In this document: piece by piece, positions 16,424 to 47,808 of the stretch
Layout: the number at the start of each line of letters is the position of its first letter
Numbering within the stretch: the first letter of the stretch is position 1
From: Amoebidium appalachense
Lineage: Eukaryota; Protista; Ichthyosporea
Direction: 5' to 3'
NCBI GenBank assembly: GCA_963693365.1
Contig: CAVNZM010000011.1
Span: 1,488,001 to 1,552,000 of the forward strand
Length of the DNA: 64,000 nucleotides
Notes under the pieces: generated by a model
Seen by the model: only the letters and a program-made list of their open reading frames with translations
Database searches by the model: none
What the model was told of the DNA's origin: nothing
Translations under genes and position numbers: made by a program

Positions 16424-17334
16424 TGTGTGCGGGCGCGCACGTGCTTGGTAATGTGTGTCTCGGAGGCGCAGTGAAGATTTAGAAAGGAGAGGATGGTGGT
16501 GGTGGTGGTGGTGGTGGTGGTGGGTGGGTGGGTGGGGGGGTGGGGGGGGGGTCGGGTACACCCAAATGCCAATAATAGGGAAGGTGGTGATTGGTAATCA
16601 CAATACCGGCCACGAGAACGAGTTGATCACCTGCCAGGGGGGGCGGGCGGAGGTGGGGGGGGGCGAGGGGGGGAGGCGGAGGGGGGAGAGAGGGGAGAGG
16701 GGGGGGCTAAAAGAGGAAAAAGCACGACACATGAACTGCATCACAACGAGGCCGTCAAAGCATACAGATGGGAAAGGAAAGGGAGGATGAGGGTAACGTG
16801 GGATGGTTCTTGTGTATGTGTGCATGCGGGCACGTATGTGTTGGTGCTGCTGCTGCTGGTGGTGGTGGTGGTGGTGGGGGTCTATACCGTGTCCACAGTC
16901 TCCAAAGCCTCCCCACCATTTTTCTCGTGCTCCTTTCCATACCCTTCCACCCCTGAATCACGTGGTGTAGCTTCACGTGCACGGCCTACACCCACCTCCA
17001 CACACACCCTCATTGCATCCTTGACCCGTGGGAGGGCATCTTCATCGATAAACTCAGTGAATATCCCAGCCTTGTGCATGTGTGCAAGGTGGGGGGTAAG
17101 CAGGCTGGCTAGGTGTTGCGCTTGTGCTGGCGGGAGGATGGAGAGGGCTTTTGGGAGGTGGATGATGGCATCTGAGAGAACAATGCAGTGCTGTGCATGT
17201 GTGGGTGGTGATAATGGGGGGGTGAGGAAGGAGAAGGGGGAGAGGGGTGGGTGGGTGGATTTGGGGGGGGAGGGGGAGAGAGGGGTTGGTGTAGTGATGG
17301 AATTGGGTGGAACGAGGGAAGGGCTGCTCCCGAC

Positions 17335-17406
<72 letters not shown>

Positions 17407-17725
17407 CAGAGAGAGAGAGAGTGTGTGTGTGTGTGCTCGTGTGCGTGCGTGTGTGTTGCGGCGTTGGGGGAGGGGGGGGGGGGGGGGGGGAAGAGAGACA
17501 AGGAGAAAGGGAAAATACAGGTCAGTGATGTTTCATACATCCCCCCCCCCCTATTTCTACACACCCAGACTTACACGTGCTTCTTTGGGTCCCAAGGCCA
17601 CTTCGTTCCCAAACCCCTTGCCTCCAAAGAATCCCCCAGATGGCGGGGGGAGAGAAAAGATATCATCGATAAGAGGAAACAGAAGGTGTCATGAGAGGCA
17701 GAAGCAGGTTGGGGGTTGGATGTGT

Positions 17726-17775
<50 letters not shown>

Positions 17776-18081
17776 GGGGGGGGGGAAAGTGGGTACTGAA
17801 TCTATTACCTGCGGCCCAGTTTTTAGTATAAGGCTAAATCCGTTCATCCCGGTGTTTCCAACTCGTAATTTAGATAGTTCGGACATTGCAATAAGCATGA
17901 ACACTAGGAACACTGACTGGACGGCCGGCAGAATATGGAAAAGTGTTTCAGGAAACCCGGGAAACGGAACTCCGTTGACCCCTTTCAGGTTGGTGTGTCC
18001 GCCCTTTTCCCATTTCATGCGCATGGTTTGGTATGTGGAGAAATTCTGGCACGACTGGCTGTCGGCAGGAAGGCACATGAA

Positions 18082-18148
<67 letters not shown>

Positions 18149-19041
18149 ACGCGTGTGGTGTTGATGGCGGGGGGACGGGGGGTTTTGGGGGGGACGGGGG
18201 GGGGGGGGGGGGGGGGGGAGGGGGGGAAGAAGAAGGGAGAGAGATGGGAGGTAGGGGCCACATGTAGGTTAGTGGTTGTGAGGGAAATGAAGATATGTTT
18301 TTTGGAGAGGGAAAGAGGGGGGGGGGAGGGGGGAACTAAGGATCTAGACTCTCACGTGAAGGGCTAATTTGTTATACAAAAAAGATCACGCCGAAGTGAA
18401 AGGGCTTTTTCTTGTGGTGGTTGTGGTGGTTTTTTTTTTTTTTTTTTTTTTTTTTTTGGGGGGGGGGGGGGGGGGGATTATGGATGACATGCATGGAAAT
18501 GCATCGTGCCAAGTCGCAACAAACAAGTACTCAGTGATGGCTACCCGCATGCCAAAAAGACACTTTCACGTACAGGCGTAGGTGCTTGTTTGAAGGGGAG
18601 GGGGGGGGGGGGGGGGGGGGTGGGGGGAAGGAGAGGGAGAGGGGGAAAGGGAGGGAGAGGGGGAGGGGCAGAAAGAGAGAGGAAGAGGGAGAGGGAGAGG
18701 GAGAGGGAGAGGGAGAGGGAGAGGGAAAAAGAGCCGGGAAGGGGGGGGGAGGGGGGGGGGGAGGGGGGGAGGGGGGGGGGGGGAGAAGAGAGAGAGGGGG
18801 GTGGGGGGGCTGCTTCAAAATGCCATACCAATGCCCACAGAAGGTTCGAGCACACAGCAGCAGGCAGACACGTGACCATCCCCACGGCCATGTGCAGTGC
18901 ACTTTGCACGTGCACAGACCCATGATCTATTTTGCGCAAAACAGCAGCAGCCACCCCCATAACCAGATAGAGGTCGATGTGGAGGGACGTCTCGTCCACC
19001 CTCGACCAGTCACCACGCGGTGGGGGTGATATCCACGCTAC

Positions 19042-19138
<97 letters not shown>

Positions 19139-19594
19139 TGTGTTGCCAGGGAGAGGGGAAGGAGGAGGGAGGAGGGATGGGGGATGGGGAGGAGAGGACG
19201 AGGAGGAGGTGGTGGTGGGGGGAGGGGGGGGGGATGTTGTGTGTGCAGACATGTAGAGCGCGTGTGGGGTGGGTGTGTGGGTTGGGTGTTTGAGGCTTGC
19301 CTAATAGGTATTCCCCAGAACTCATTGCCTGGGTTAGTGTCTACGTGCATTTGTGTATGTCTGTGTGTGTGTGTGTGTGTGTTTATATGTGTGTGTGGGT
19401 TGGGGGAAGGGAGGGGGGGGGGGGATATAAAGCATTGAGCAGTGTAGAGACGTGACGAGGAAACACAGGAATGGCTGAAAACGGGGGCAAGAGAGGTATA
19501 AGAATGAAGGGGCATAAGTATGTAGCACAGTGAGTGCACAAAAAAGCAGTAGAAATGTTGCATTGTGGACAAGTGTGCTTGCTTCCTTAGAATA

Positions 19595-19631
<37 letters not shown>

Positions 19632-20000
19632 CTAATCGTTTTGTTGAGATGCCACCTCTCACTCTCACTCACTCTCACACTAGCTTCTCTCCCATCCTCC
19701 CCCCCCCCCCCCCCCCCCCCCTTCCCCTCCCTCCCCTCCCTCCCCTTCCCTCCAACACCTACTAATAATGAATCCCAATGTGGGAGACCGCTGGTGTGTG
19801 CTTGTATATGTTTGGGTACGCATATGTGTGTGGAGAGATAGGGTGGGGGTGGGAGGGGAGGTTTATGAGAGGAAGCATCTGCTTATGGGGAGGCTATGTG
19901 GTTGACGGACCGAGAAACGAGGAAGTAAGTAAGAGATTGAACTAGGGTGCATCATAGATGCATGAAAAACGACACAGGCTCTTGTGCATCACCGACAAGG

Positions 20001-20053
<53 letters not shown>

Positions 20054-21271
20054 CGTGCGCGTGTTTTTTCTTCTTTTTTTTTGTGTGTGTGTATGTGTGT
20101 GCGTGCGCGCGTACATGTCTGATGCAGCGACCCTGGGGGGGGGGGAGGGAGGGGGGGGGGGGGGGGGGGGTTCAAATGTGTTACAGACTAACAAGTACAC
20201 ATTCACGACGGACAACACAATGCAGGCAAGCATGGGGAGAGGAAAGGGGGACTCACCTCCTAAAGAGAGGCACCTTGCATCCAAGCACTCGACTGCAAAT
20301 TTATCCCCCGATGGCCCAGCCAATAGAAAATGAGTAAGTTCCGCTAGCGCGGTCCTCCGTTCACTATTTTGTCCGACATAAGGATCCGTGTACATGCCCA
20401 TGGTTTTAACCCCACCAAATCTCTCCATAATCGAATACAGATCGACCGATGCGACTGCTGACTCGGTTGACGTGCGATTGAAAATTCGTGAAAGCATGAA
20501 CCAAAAACTCGAAAAATTTCGGCCCGAAACCATGAGGAAAACTGCTAGACGACAAAGAACGGAGAGAGGCTTTTCACCGGTATAATGTGCCTTTTTGACC
20601 GAAATTTCCGTTCCAAGCGGGTCAAGAAAAGCAATCCATGAAAAAACGAGAGTGAAAGTCTTTTCAAAAAGGCCCACATTTTCGGATTCGTTTTTCGTTT
20701 GGTAATACGACTCTTCCGGTGTTGCCTTTTCCGTTAAATCCACCAAAATGTCGATACATTTTGCTTCGAAAATTCGGTCTCTGGTAGGGGGGTGCAATAT
20801 GAGGTTGTCAACAAGGACGAGGGCATATCGGAAGGCCCGAGGCTGTTGCAGGTGCTCGGGGGGGTCTTTGAGAAGTGAAATTACAATATCAGCCAATCCT
20901 GCCTTTCAGGGGGGAGTGGAGGAACGATGTGTACATATGTTTGTGTTTGTGTGGGTGTTGTGTCATGATATCTAAATGTATATGTGCTCAAGGGTATGTG
21001 CACGTACCTCTATCTGTATCGTGGGGAAGATGGTGTGTCATTGTGTATGTATTTGAGGGGTGGGGTGGGGGGGAGGGGGGGGGGGGGGGGGGAGGAGGGG
21101 GGGGTGAGGATGGAAAGGGAAGAGGAGATGAAGAAGGGGAATGGGGTTAGTGTGGGAAATGGGGTTCTGTCAGGATTGTGGCATCGTACAGTAGCAGAAG
21201 GAGTGCTGAAAAAGCCCATGAGACTATTGGGCAAAGATCAGTTGAGCCTGTGATGGTGCTCTTGTGCATGA

Positions 21272-21320
<49 letters not shown>

Positions 21321-21331
21321 GCCGGGGAGAG

Positions 21332-21362
<31 letters not shown>

Positions 21363-21619
21363 AGGCACGGGGGAGAGGGGGAGGGGGGGGGGGGGGGAGG
21401 GGGGGTCGATTCAATAAAGAGGCGTAGAAGAGGCTGTACAAGAGATTGCATGGAATGTGGGACCAAACACACCGATGAGTGGATGGGTTTTTGAGGGAAA
21501 CACAGGCCAACAAGTGAAAAAGGGAGAGTCGAAAGTCGAGAAGTCCAAGAAAAAAGACAGACAAAACAAAGTTATGAGTTGCTTCTTCTCCCCCACTCTC
21601 TCCCCCTTTCTCCAGCCAG

Positions 21620-21653
<34 letters not shown>

Positions 21654-22727
21654 AGGCCCTCCCCCCTGATGCTCCCTTTTCGAAAAGCAAGAAAAAACAA
21701 ACCAAAAAAAATAAAAATAAAAATAAAACACTCCATATTGGCAGGAACGAAAAAAAACCGAAGCATGCAACCTACCTCGAACAGGTGTGGCAGCAGCTCA
21801 CTGGTTGCCATTAGACCAATCAGCTCTCGTGCTTTGGAAACAAACTCGGACACAGTAGGGGCGGCGACAAAATCCGAAAGATTTTTCTTAAGCACCTGGA
21901 ACCGGGAGAGAAGGGAGGGAGATGTGAGAAGAGGAGGGTGTGTGTGTTGATTGGAAGTTGTAATTAAGAGGGGGGTCCTACTTTTGGAGAGGGAGGGATG
22001 GGGGGGGAGGGGGGAAGGGAGTTGAGTGGGTGGCTGGGTGCATGTGTGTGTGCACGGCGAGCGCAGGAGGAAAGGGGGGAGAGGGGGAGAGGGGGGGGGG
22101 GACCCCTGGAGAAGGGAAAAGGAGAGTTGGAAACGATCAGAATAACAAAAGGTAAAGAGGTATGAGAAAGGGCCTCAGCGGTAAACCAGTTTGAAGAAAA
22201 GTGAAGCCCACTCTTCTACCACGTCCTTAATAGTGCCAGGCACACCTACCCCAAGTATTCCCACACACTGGGCATGTCTCTCTCTTCCTCTCTCTGTATC
22301 CTTCTCTCTCTCTGCCCCGCTTCCTTCCTCTCTCCATCCCTCTCTCTTTTCTCTACTCTCTGATTCCCCTCCCCCCCCTCCCCCCCCTTCCCCTTCTCTC
22401 GCTCTCTCTGTCTATCCCCCCCCCCCCCCCCCCCCCCGGCCCTTCCGCCCAAACCAGTCCACCTCACACCCCCCTATCTCCATCTGGAGCGTCGAACCCC
22501 TGCCCCCCCCTCCCCCCTCCTCTTCCCCCCTCCCCCCCTTCCCCCCCTCTCTTTTCTGCCTTCCCCCCTCCTCCCCCCACCAGCTTGGAAAAAAGGCAGA
22601 ATGAGAGAGTGAGCGGCGCAAGCATGCAGGCATGCACACACGCATGCCGGCAGGCCCATACGCATGCAGGCACGCACACCCGCAAAAACGAGCACACAGG
22701 CACACACAAAAAAAATACAAACACCAT

Positions 22728-22817
<90 letters not shown>

Positions 22818-22821
22818 CATC

Positions 22822-22852
<31 letters not shown>

Positions 22853-23112
22853 CATCCACACACACAAACCAACCAAACCCCCCATCCCATGCGAACACCC
22901 TCGCCCTCCCTGCTCCCCCTGTCCCCATGCAACACAGCACACCATACCTCTGCCAGTTCCTCTCGCCCAAGATCTCTCCACCTGACAGACACCTTTTCTC
23001 CCGTGCGTGTATCTGTGAGTGTGTCCGTTGGTGCCATAACACCGTTGAGTTCAGAGGTGACACGTATATAAGCCTCTTGATAGGCACCGACGGGGTTTTG
23101 AGATGAGGCCAT
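15174..23112 (-). CDS. Armadillo-like helical protein with C-terminal MYND zinc finger; exons approx 23112-22948, 21895-21776, 20902-20257, 19037-18829, 18084-17809, (17634-17575), 17070-16888, (~16631-16608), 16200-16087, 15257-15174
   Basis: Exons 1-5 join with GT-AG sites in phase (e.g. ...LLPHLFE|[14 protein letters not shown]-like). The last two exons give [19 protein letters not shown]|[20 protein letters not shown], a canonical MYND finger. Bracketed small exons are uncertain. Confidence 0.85.
20171..20233 (-). mobile_element. Very short copy (3' terminus only) of the poly(C)-abutting repeat family
   Basis: The - strand reads ...gcattgtgttgtccgtcgtgaatgtgtacttgttagtctgtaacacatttgaa followed by C(n). 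It aligns with the 3' ends at 30549, 41795, 52712, 53051 and 54345. Confidence 0.6.
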
Positions 23113-23314
23113 ATTGCCTGTAGCCACCAAAAAACATGGCACGTTTGCGTGTTTGTCTTTCTGAAAGCGTGCTTTTGTGCTGTATATGCTTGCAGGTACG
23201 CCTGCGTGCTTTCGAATTCTTTGTTCTGTAGTGTGGTGTACCTATGGTGGCAATAATAGTACATGCTACGAGGAAACTACGGTGGTGTTGCAAAGTTTGC
23301 GTATTGACATTGGT

Positions 23315-23367
<53 letters not shown>

Positions 23368-23826
23368 TAATTAGGAGGGGGCGGCCCGGCGGGGGAGGTT
23401 TCCCGCCCAAATCTTCGCAAGAGCATGCCGAGAGCATGACTTAGTGTGTTATTAATTTGTTTTTTATCCACCAGCGGTTTATAACAGATAATGATTAGTT
23501 AATTGTACATTTTAAGCCACATGTAAGTATTTAAATATTTGAATATTACCGAGCATTCACCAATCAGCGTGCATTTGGCCGTTGGAACTTTGATGTGTCA
23601 AACTCAACGAGATTCATGCAAGAACACCTTCGCTAGGTTTGCTATGTACTGAGGGAGAAGGTTTATGATGTTGTCTGCATGTAACAGCATACAGGTTATA
23701 TAAGTGCAATTCCTGCTAGGTTTTTTATTTTGATATATTTCCTGTACTTGTTTTTATAAGCCATAAAGAGGAATCATGTTGTTGTACTGGCTATATTGAA
23801 CCGTAGCTACCGAGGGTGACCTAAAA
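23113..23826. promoter_or_regulatory. Bidirectional promoter between the MYND gene and the coiled-coil/BRCT gene, with E2F, CHR-like and CCAAT motifs
   Basis: Divergent ATGs at 23112 (-) and 23827 (+). TTTCCCGC at 23399-23406, TTTGAA at 23538-23543 and CCAATCA at ~23560. Confidence 0.55.
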
Positions 23827-42523
<18,697 letters not shown>

Positions 42524-42826
42524 TATAAAGGAATTCGATTCACTGTTTGCATGCAGGTCTGAATGGTTTATGATTCCCGGGCAGGTGTGGGCTCTCTGGT
42601 GAGTCTACAGGTGGGTTAGTTTGGATTTGTGTTGAAGGAAGAGAGAGGGGAGGGATTAGGAGAGCGGCTGCCGTGTCAGCTCGGCTGTGTTTGATTGGTG
42701 TTTCCAACTGGCCACACACACACGCAAGACGTGGCATGTAATCAGTACGTACGGGTGCCCTTCCCTTGTGTAGCAGCAAGACTGATCTTCCCAACAGAAT
42801 TGATAGTATTTGAGGGATGAACCGGC

Positions 42827-42857
<31 letters not shown>

Positions 42858-43324
42858 AGGCGCCGATGTAAATGGTATTAGAGATAAAGGACTCCACAAG
42901 CAGATATTGAATGATTGAATGACGTAAAGCCAATGCATGCATGTGTGATTGGTGGATTTATCAGTCACTTTGCTTGCCGGTTTTTTGTTTTACTTTTTGT
43001 TTATAAATTTTGGTTCCCAGTATGACGCGAAAATGGAATGGGCCGGGTGATTGGGGAAGGGGGGGGGGGGGGGGGGGGGGTTATCGTCCTATGTGAATCA
43101 GAAACTGTAATTCAAAAAGAGTGTTTCGAGATATTTGCACCTCCGAAAATTTATAGAAGGTCAAGCGGCCAACTGTAGTGTCTTTAGACACACAGGCTTG
43201 ATAAAAGAGTGTAACCTTGGACATGCTAAGGAATAGGGGCATCCCACCACGTCCACTAAACATGAATAAAGCAATTATTGATCGGGAACAGTCTTTCCTT
43301 AATCAATTAATATGCTCCCCCCCC

Positions 43325-43355
<31 letters not shown>

Positions 43356-43719
43356 ACAAACAACACCCGAGGGTCTCTGTGTGATACGCCTCCTTTCCTC
43401 CTCCCTGCAGTTCATATTGATGGTGATCATGATCCCGCATGTGCAAACAACATTATAATCATGTGCAGAACTCTCTAACTCGTTGGTAACTCCAGTACTA
43501 ATATTAGTGGACCGTTGACTCATGAAGTTTGCAACATGTGCGCAGTGCTTTGACTTGTCACTGAATATGGCTGTCATGTCACGTCATTGCAGCTCCTTAG
43601 CGACCAAGATCACGGAACGACATTGTTTTGGTCCTGTGTCTTTGGGCAATTGTGTGCTGTATGTATGTCTTTGGAAGAATTTTTTGTTTCCTTGTTGTTT
43701 TTTTGTTGGGGGAAGACAG

Positions 43720-43788
<69 letters not shown>

Positions 43789-44359
43789 GTTGGGGGGGGG
43801 GGGGGGGAGGGGGGGGAGGGGGGACGGCTCCTAGGTGCACTGGGTTTAACGTCACATAAGTGCAGAACAGAGTTGTGCCCAGAAGGAATACAGAGGGGCG
43901 AGAGCCAAAACGAATCTTAAGGGCCGTGGCCGACTGGCAGTGTTGGTAATACCTTGGCTGCAATTGAGTGGGTGACACGTGTGTGTGTGTGTGTGCGCGC
44001 GCGCGCCCGCGTGTGTGCACGCGTGCGCGTGTGTGCGTAGAGAGGGAGGGAGGAAGGGGGGGTGGGGGGAGGGGGGGAAGGGGGGAAGGGGGTTGGGTTC
44101 ACAAGAGCACCGAACGCTGCAGAATCATGGACTGGATAGGTGGGTGGGTGTTTTCGTTGTTTTTTTTTTCCAAACATACTTTCTTTATTGAAGTTCATCT
44201 ATGATACGGAGATCACTACACATGAAGTGCCATCTGATCACAGTTTACCAAATATACACTGCATATGTAAAATTTATACCTGGATCCAGCGTACATATAA
44301 ATTTCTCAAAGTCTCGAAGGCCATCACTCCAATATGTGCTTCCATATATATTACCCAGA

Positions 44360-44601
44360 CTACTTAGATCCCCCCTGCTGAACCCAAATCTGCCCCTGCG
44401 GCATGTAGGCACCCCCCTGAGGCATTCCCCCGTAAACTTGCGGCACCCATAGAGCCTCCATGCCCCTGCCACCCCAGAGGGCTTTGCATTCCCGCATACC
44501 CATCTGTGAGCCTCCGAAGCCCATGGGGCCCAGATTTGATGGCAGATTGCCGCCAAACGAGGTCTGGCCGCAGCCTTTAGCACCCTGGGGAAGGTTCTGG
44601 C

Positions 44602-44655
<54 letters not shown>

Positions 44656-45032
44656 GCATGCATGTGTGTGCGCGCGTGTCTGTGTGTGCCTGTGCGCATG
44701 CATGTGTGCGCTTGTGTGTACGTGCGTGGTGTACGTTATGTTGCTTAAAAAGAGGATGACGCCGGGTTGGGGGGGGGGGGGGGGGGGCGGGGGGAGGCCG
44801 AAACACGGTTTAAATACTTCTGGCCCTAATAACCCACAATCTTAGCAAGCGTACATGTATACTAAACCAGAGTGGGTCCGAGGACATAAGGCTTGCAGCA
44901 ACGAGTGCATTTTCCTCCGGCCCTGCCTAAGGTACTGCTTATTAGCTGTGGCCGTGCGTTTGCAATTGTGCAGCCTGCCTGTGTGTGTCTGTGTGTGGCT
45001 ATGGATGGGAAGGTGGAGATGGGGAGTGAGGG

Positions 45033-45063
<31 letters not shown>

Positions 45064-45554
45064 GCTGGGCACCGTGCACGTGTGTAGTTTCCACGGCTGA
45101 AGGACCCCTGTCAACCGATGCCGAAGGGCACATTCGGCTGCCCACCCATACCCGGACTCTGACCGCCCATGGGGAAACTCTGCCCGCCTGGAGGGACATT
45201 CTGGAGTTATCGACCCCTCTCAGGGAAATTCTTGCGGTATTGACCCCCATGAATGAAATTCTGGATGTATTGACCCCCCCTGAGAGAAATTCTGGCCACC
45301 GTAATTCTTGCTGCCGGCCCCTTGAGGGTAATTCAGACCGCCCAGAGGGAGATTTTGGCCGCTCGAGAAGATGTTGGGGTTGTTTGAGGTAGGGTCCCCC
45401 CTGGATGACGGACGGGCCACGAGAGATGCTGTATGTGCCGCTGATGGTGGCGGTAATTGTGTGTGTGGAGGGTGGGGCGGGAGGGGAGGGCGGGGGGTGG
45501 GGGGCCGGCGAGGCCGCGAGGGGAGGGAACGGGGGAAGGGGAGGGAGACGGGGG

Positions 45555-45590
<36 letters not shown>

Positions 45591-45881
45591 GGGAGAGGGG
45601 GGGGAGGGGGGATTTTGGGTGTACGGAGTTTCAGAAACGAATGAAAAGCACGGATGTGGGAGCCAGATGGGTGTGTTACAAGTAGGATCATGTGGTGGAA
45701 ATGGTGGGTGTTGGTAACGGGCCGTTGTCTTTCAGAGTTGTATATTAAATTTAATCCCACTGTCTTGTTGAGTCTTGTTGCTTTTGGGGAGAGAGTATGG
45801 TTGCTTTTGGGGAGAGAGTATGGTGTGTGTGTATGTGTGTGCGTGTGTGTGTGTGTATGCGTGCGTGCGTGCGTGCGTACG

Positions 45882-45921
<40 letters not shown>

Positions 45922-46160
45922 TGTGTGCAGGGGGGGGGGGGGGGGGTTTAGGCAGGGCTAGTACTGCTGCTTGACTCTTCTATATAAAAAAGGATTCGAT
46001 TATAACCAAAATCAATGTTGTGAAATCAATACACCGGTACCTCACCTAGGCCCATGGACACACCGGTCACCTGCCCCACATTCTTGCTGTTAACTGCAGC
46101 CAGGCCGGCACAGAGCAAAAGCACCGCGACCAAAACCCTCAGAGGGCTGTGACGAGCCAT
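44360..46160 (-). CDS. Secreted Gly/Gln/Pro/Met-rich low-complexity repeat protein (GQN[LF]PxG repeats); internal frameshift and stop, so either a pseudogene or a sequence error
   Basis: CCACCATGG start at 46160, signal-peptide-like [25 protein letters not shown] and TATAAA at 46296-46291. Middle exon ~45430-45150 reads [23 protein letters not shown] / [34 protein letters not shown]. Last exon 44602-44360 reads GQNLPQG...[14 protein letters not shown]...GGSK*. Confidence 0.6.
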
Positions 46161-47590
46161 GGTGGTGGGTGGACTCAGTTTCGGAAAACGGGAAGAGGAA
46201 ACGGTACAGGAACTAAGGGGTGAACCGGAGCCTCAAGAAAAGGAAGAAGTGGAGATGGGTTGTTTATGAAGATGGCACGGAGGGGTGGTCTTTATAGCTG
46301 CCCACACTATAGCGGGGGTTGTGCGCACGCGGAAATTTACGTGTGGTACATACCCCAAACGCGTTGACCGGTCACCATGACAGGAAATACCCATCGGCTG
46401 GCCATATATATGCAATGCTATTAATTCAAACGGGGGTTTCTTTTCGATTCCATTGCATAAGAACTCGAGCCGCGATCGCGAGAAGCCCAAATCTAGCCAA
46501 AAAATTCAACAGAGGCAACTAGCAGCCGGCTTTCCCACGGTGAGTTTTGTTGTCGCGTTCTACCTCCGTCTGCCCGCCCAATAGACGTGTACCGTGACAC
46601 GTAAGCCCTCGCGCACATGCACCTACAAGAACGCAACCCGGCATCATATCGTGCACTTCGGCACATGTACAATATGTATGAACGCGTGCTTTTTACGATG
46701 AATGAAACGTGTATACAGAACCTGCTGTCATCTAAGAGGCCATTGTTTTTATGACAGCTGGGCATGGCGCCCGTGAGAAATCTTAGTCTTGTGTTTTCAC
46801 GGGAACGCCACATGATCAACACGAGCTTGCTCGAGTGACCGCCGGGCGTATGCTGGGCCGCCGGCCTGCCCGGGTCCGTTTGTTTACATTCCAAACATAA
46901 GTTTAGTTATTTTAGCGCTGTTCCTATTCGTTCCGGGTTCCCAATAAGTTCTCCCATTACAAATTTAGTTATCAAAATACTGCCCCTATTGGCCGTTTAG
47001 GTCCTCGCAGCCTAGTCGCAGCGTCTGTGTGCCAGAACTTCAAGAAATCCAATTGTATTCCATACTTGACCTAGGTATAAAAAAACAATAACACAAACAG
47101 TACTTGTTTTTAGCTTTATCACTCGCACTTCTTCCCTCTTTGAGCCTCACTGACAGCCGAGATTCTTGAGACTGAAGTCGAGTGAATTCGCTGACAGGTT
47201 TGTGGAATGAGGCAGATACCCTTGGCCAATAGAAATGCACATGTGTAATGAAATGGAATGCATTGCATTTTTCAGCTAAAAATGGCGGGAATCAAGAGTG
47301 CCACTGTGCAGAGTGTGGAGTACAGAAGACAAGAGAAAAGAGTATCATACACAGACCACTTATTCGTTGTGGTGGATGGACACTGAGGGCGATTTGCTGT
47401 TTGGAGCCTGATATGCTTCATTAATTTTTGAACTACACTGTATCCCACTGTAGCTTTTGTAATTCCACCAGGAACTCCAACGGGAAATCGCTAGATCAAA
47501 ACTACTAAAACTCGCCTTAAGACGCCAGACATTTTTCGTACTCCCACCCATTCTTCACCACACCCTTTGAATCTTCCATCACACGTCATC

Positions 47591-47774
47591 ATGGTGAAAG
47601 CGGACCTGACAGAAACAAGGGGAGTGTGTCTCGAATATGAAACCTTTGGTAACCCCAAGGACCCTGCCTGCCTCCTTATAATGGGCCTTGGTGCCTCGCT
47701 AGTGTACTGGCGGGTTGAGCTTTGCCAGAAACTGGTCGAGAAAGGCTTCTACGTTATTCGCTTTGACAAGTGAG

Positions 47775-47808
<34 letters not shown>

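Noticed and set aside
22175-22245. Extra exon of the MYND gene ([19 protein letters not shown])
   Set aside because: Not phase-compatible with the flanking phase-0 junctions, which already join cleanly.
45190-45215. TAA at a Tyr position suggesting codon reassignment
   Set aside because: Single instance. Well-supported exons of other genes contain no in-frame TAA and use TAT/TAC.
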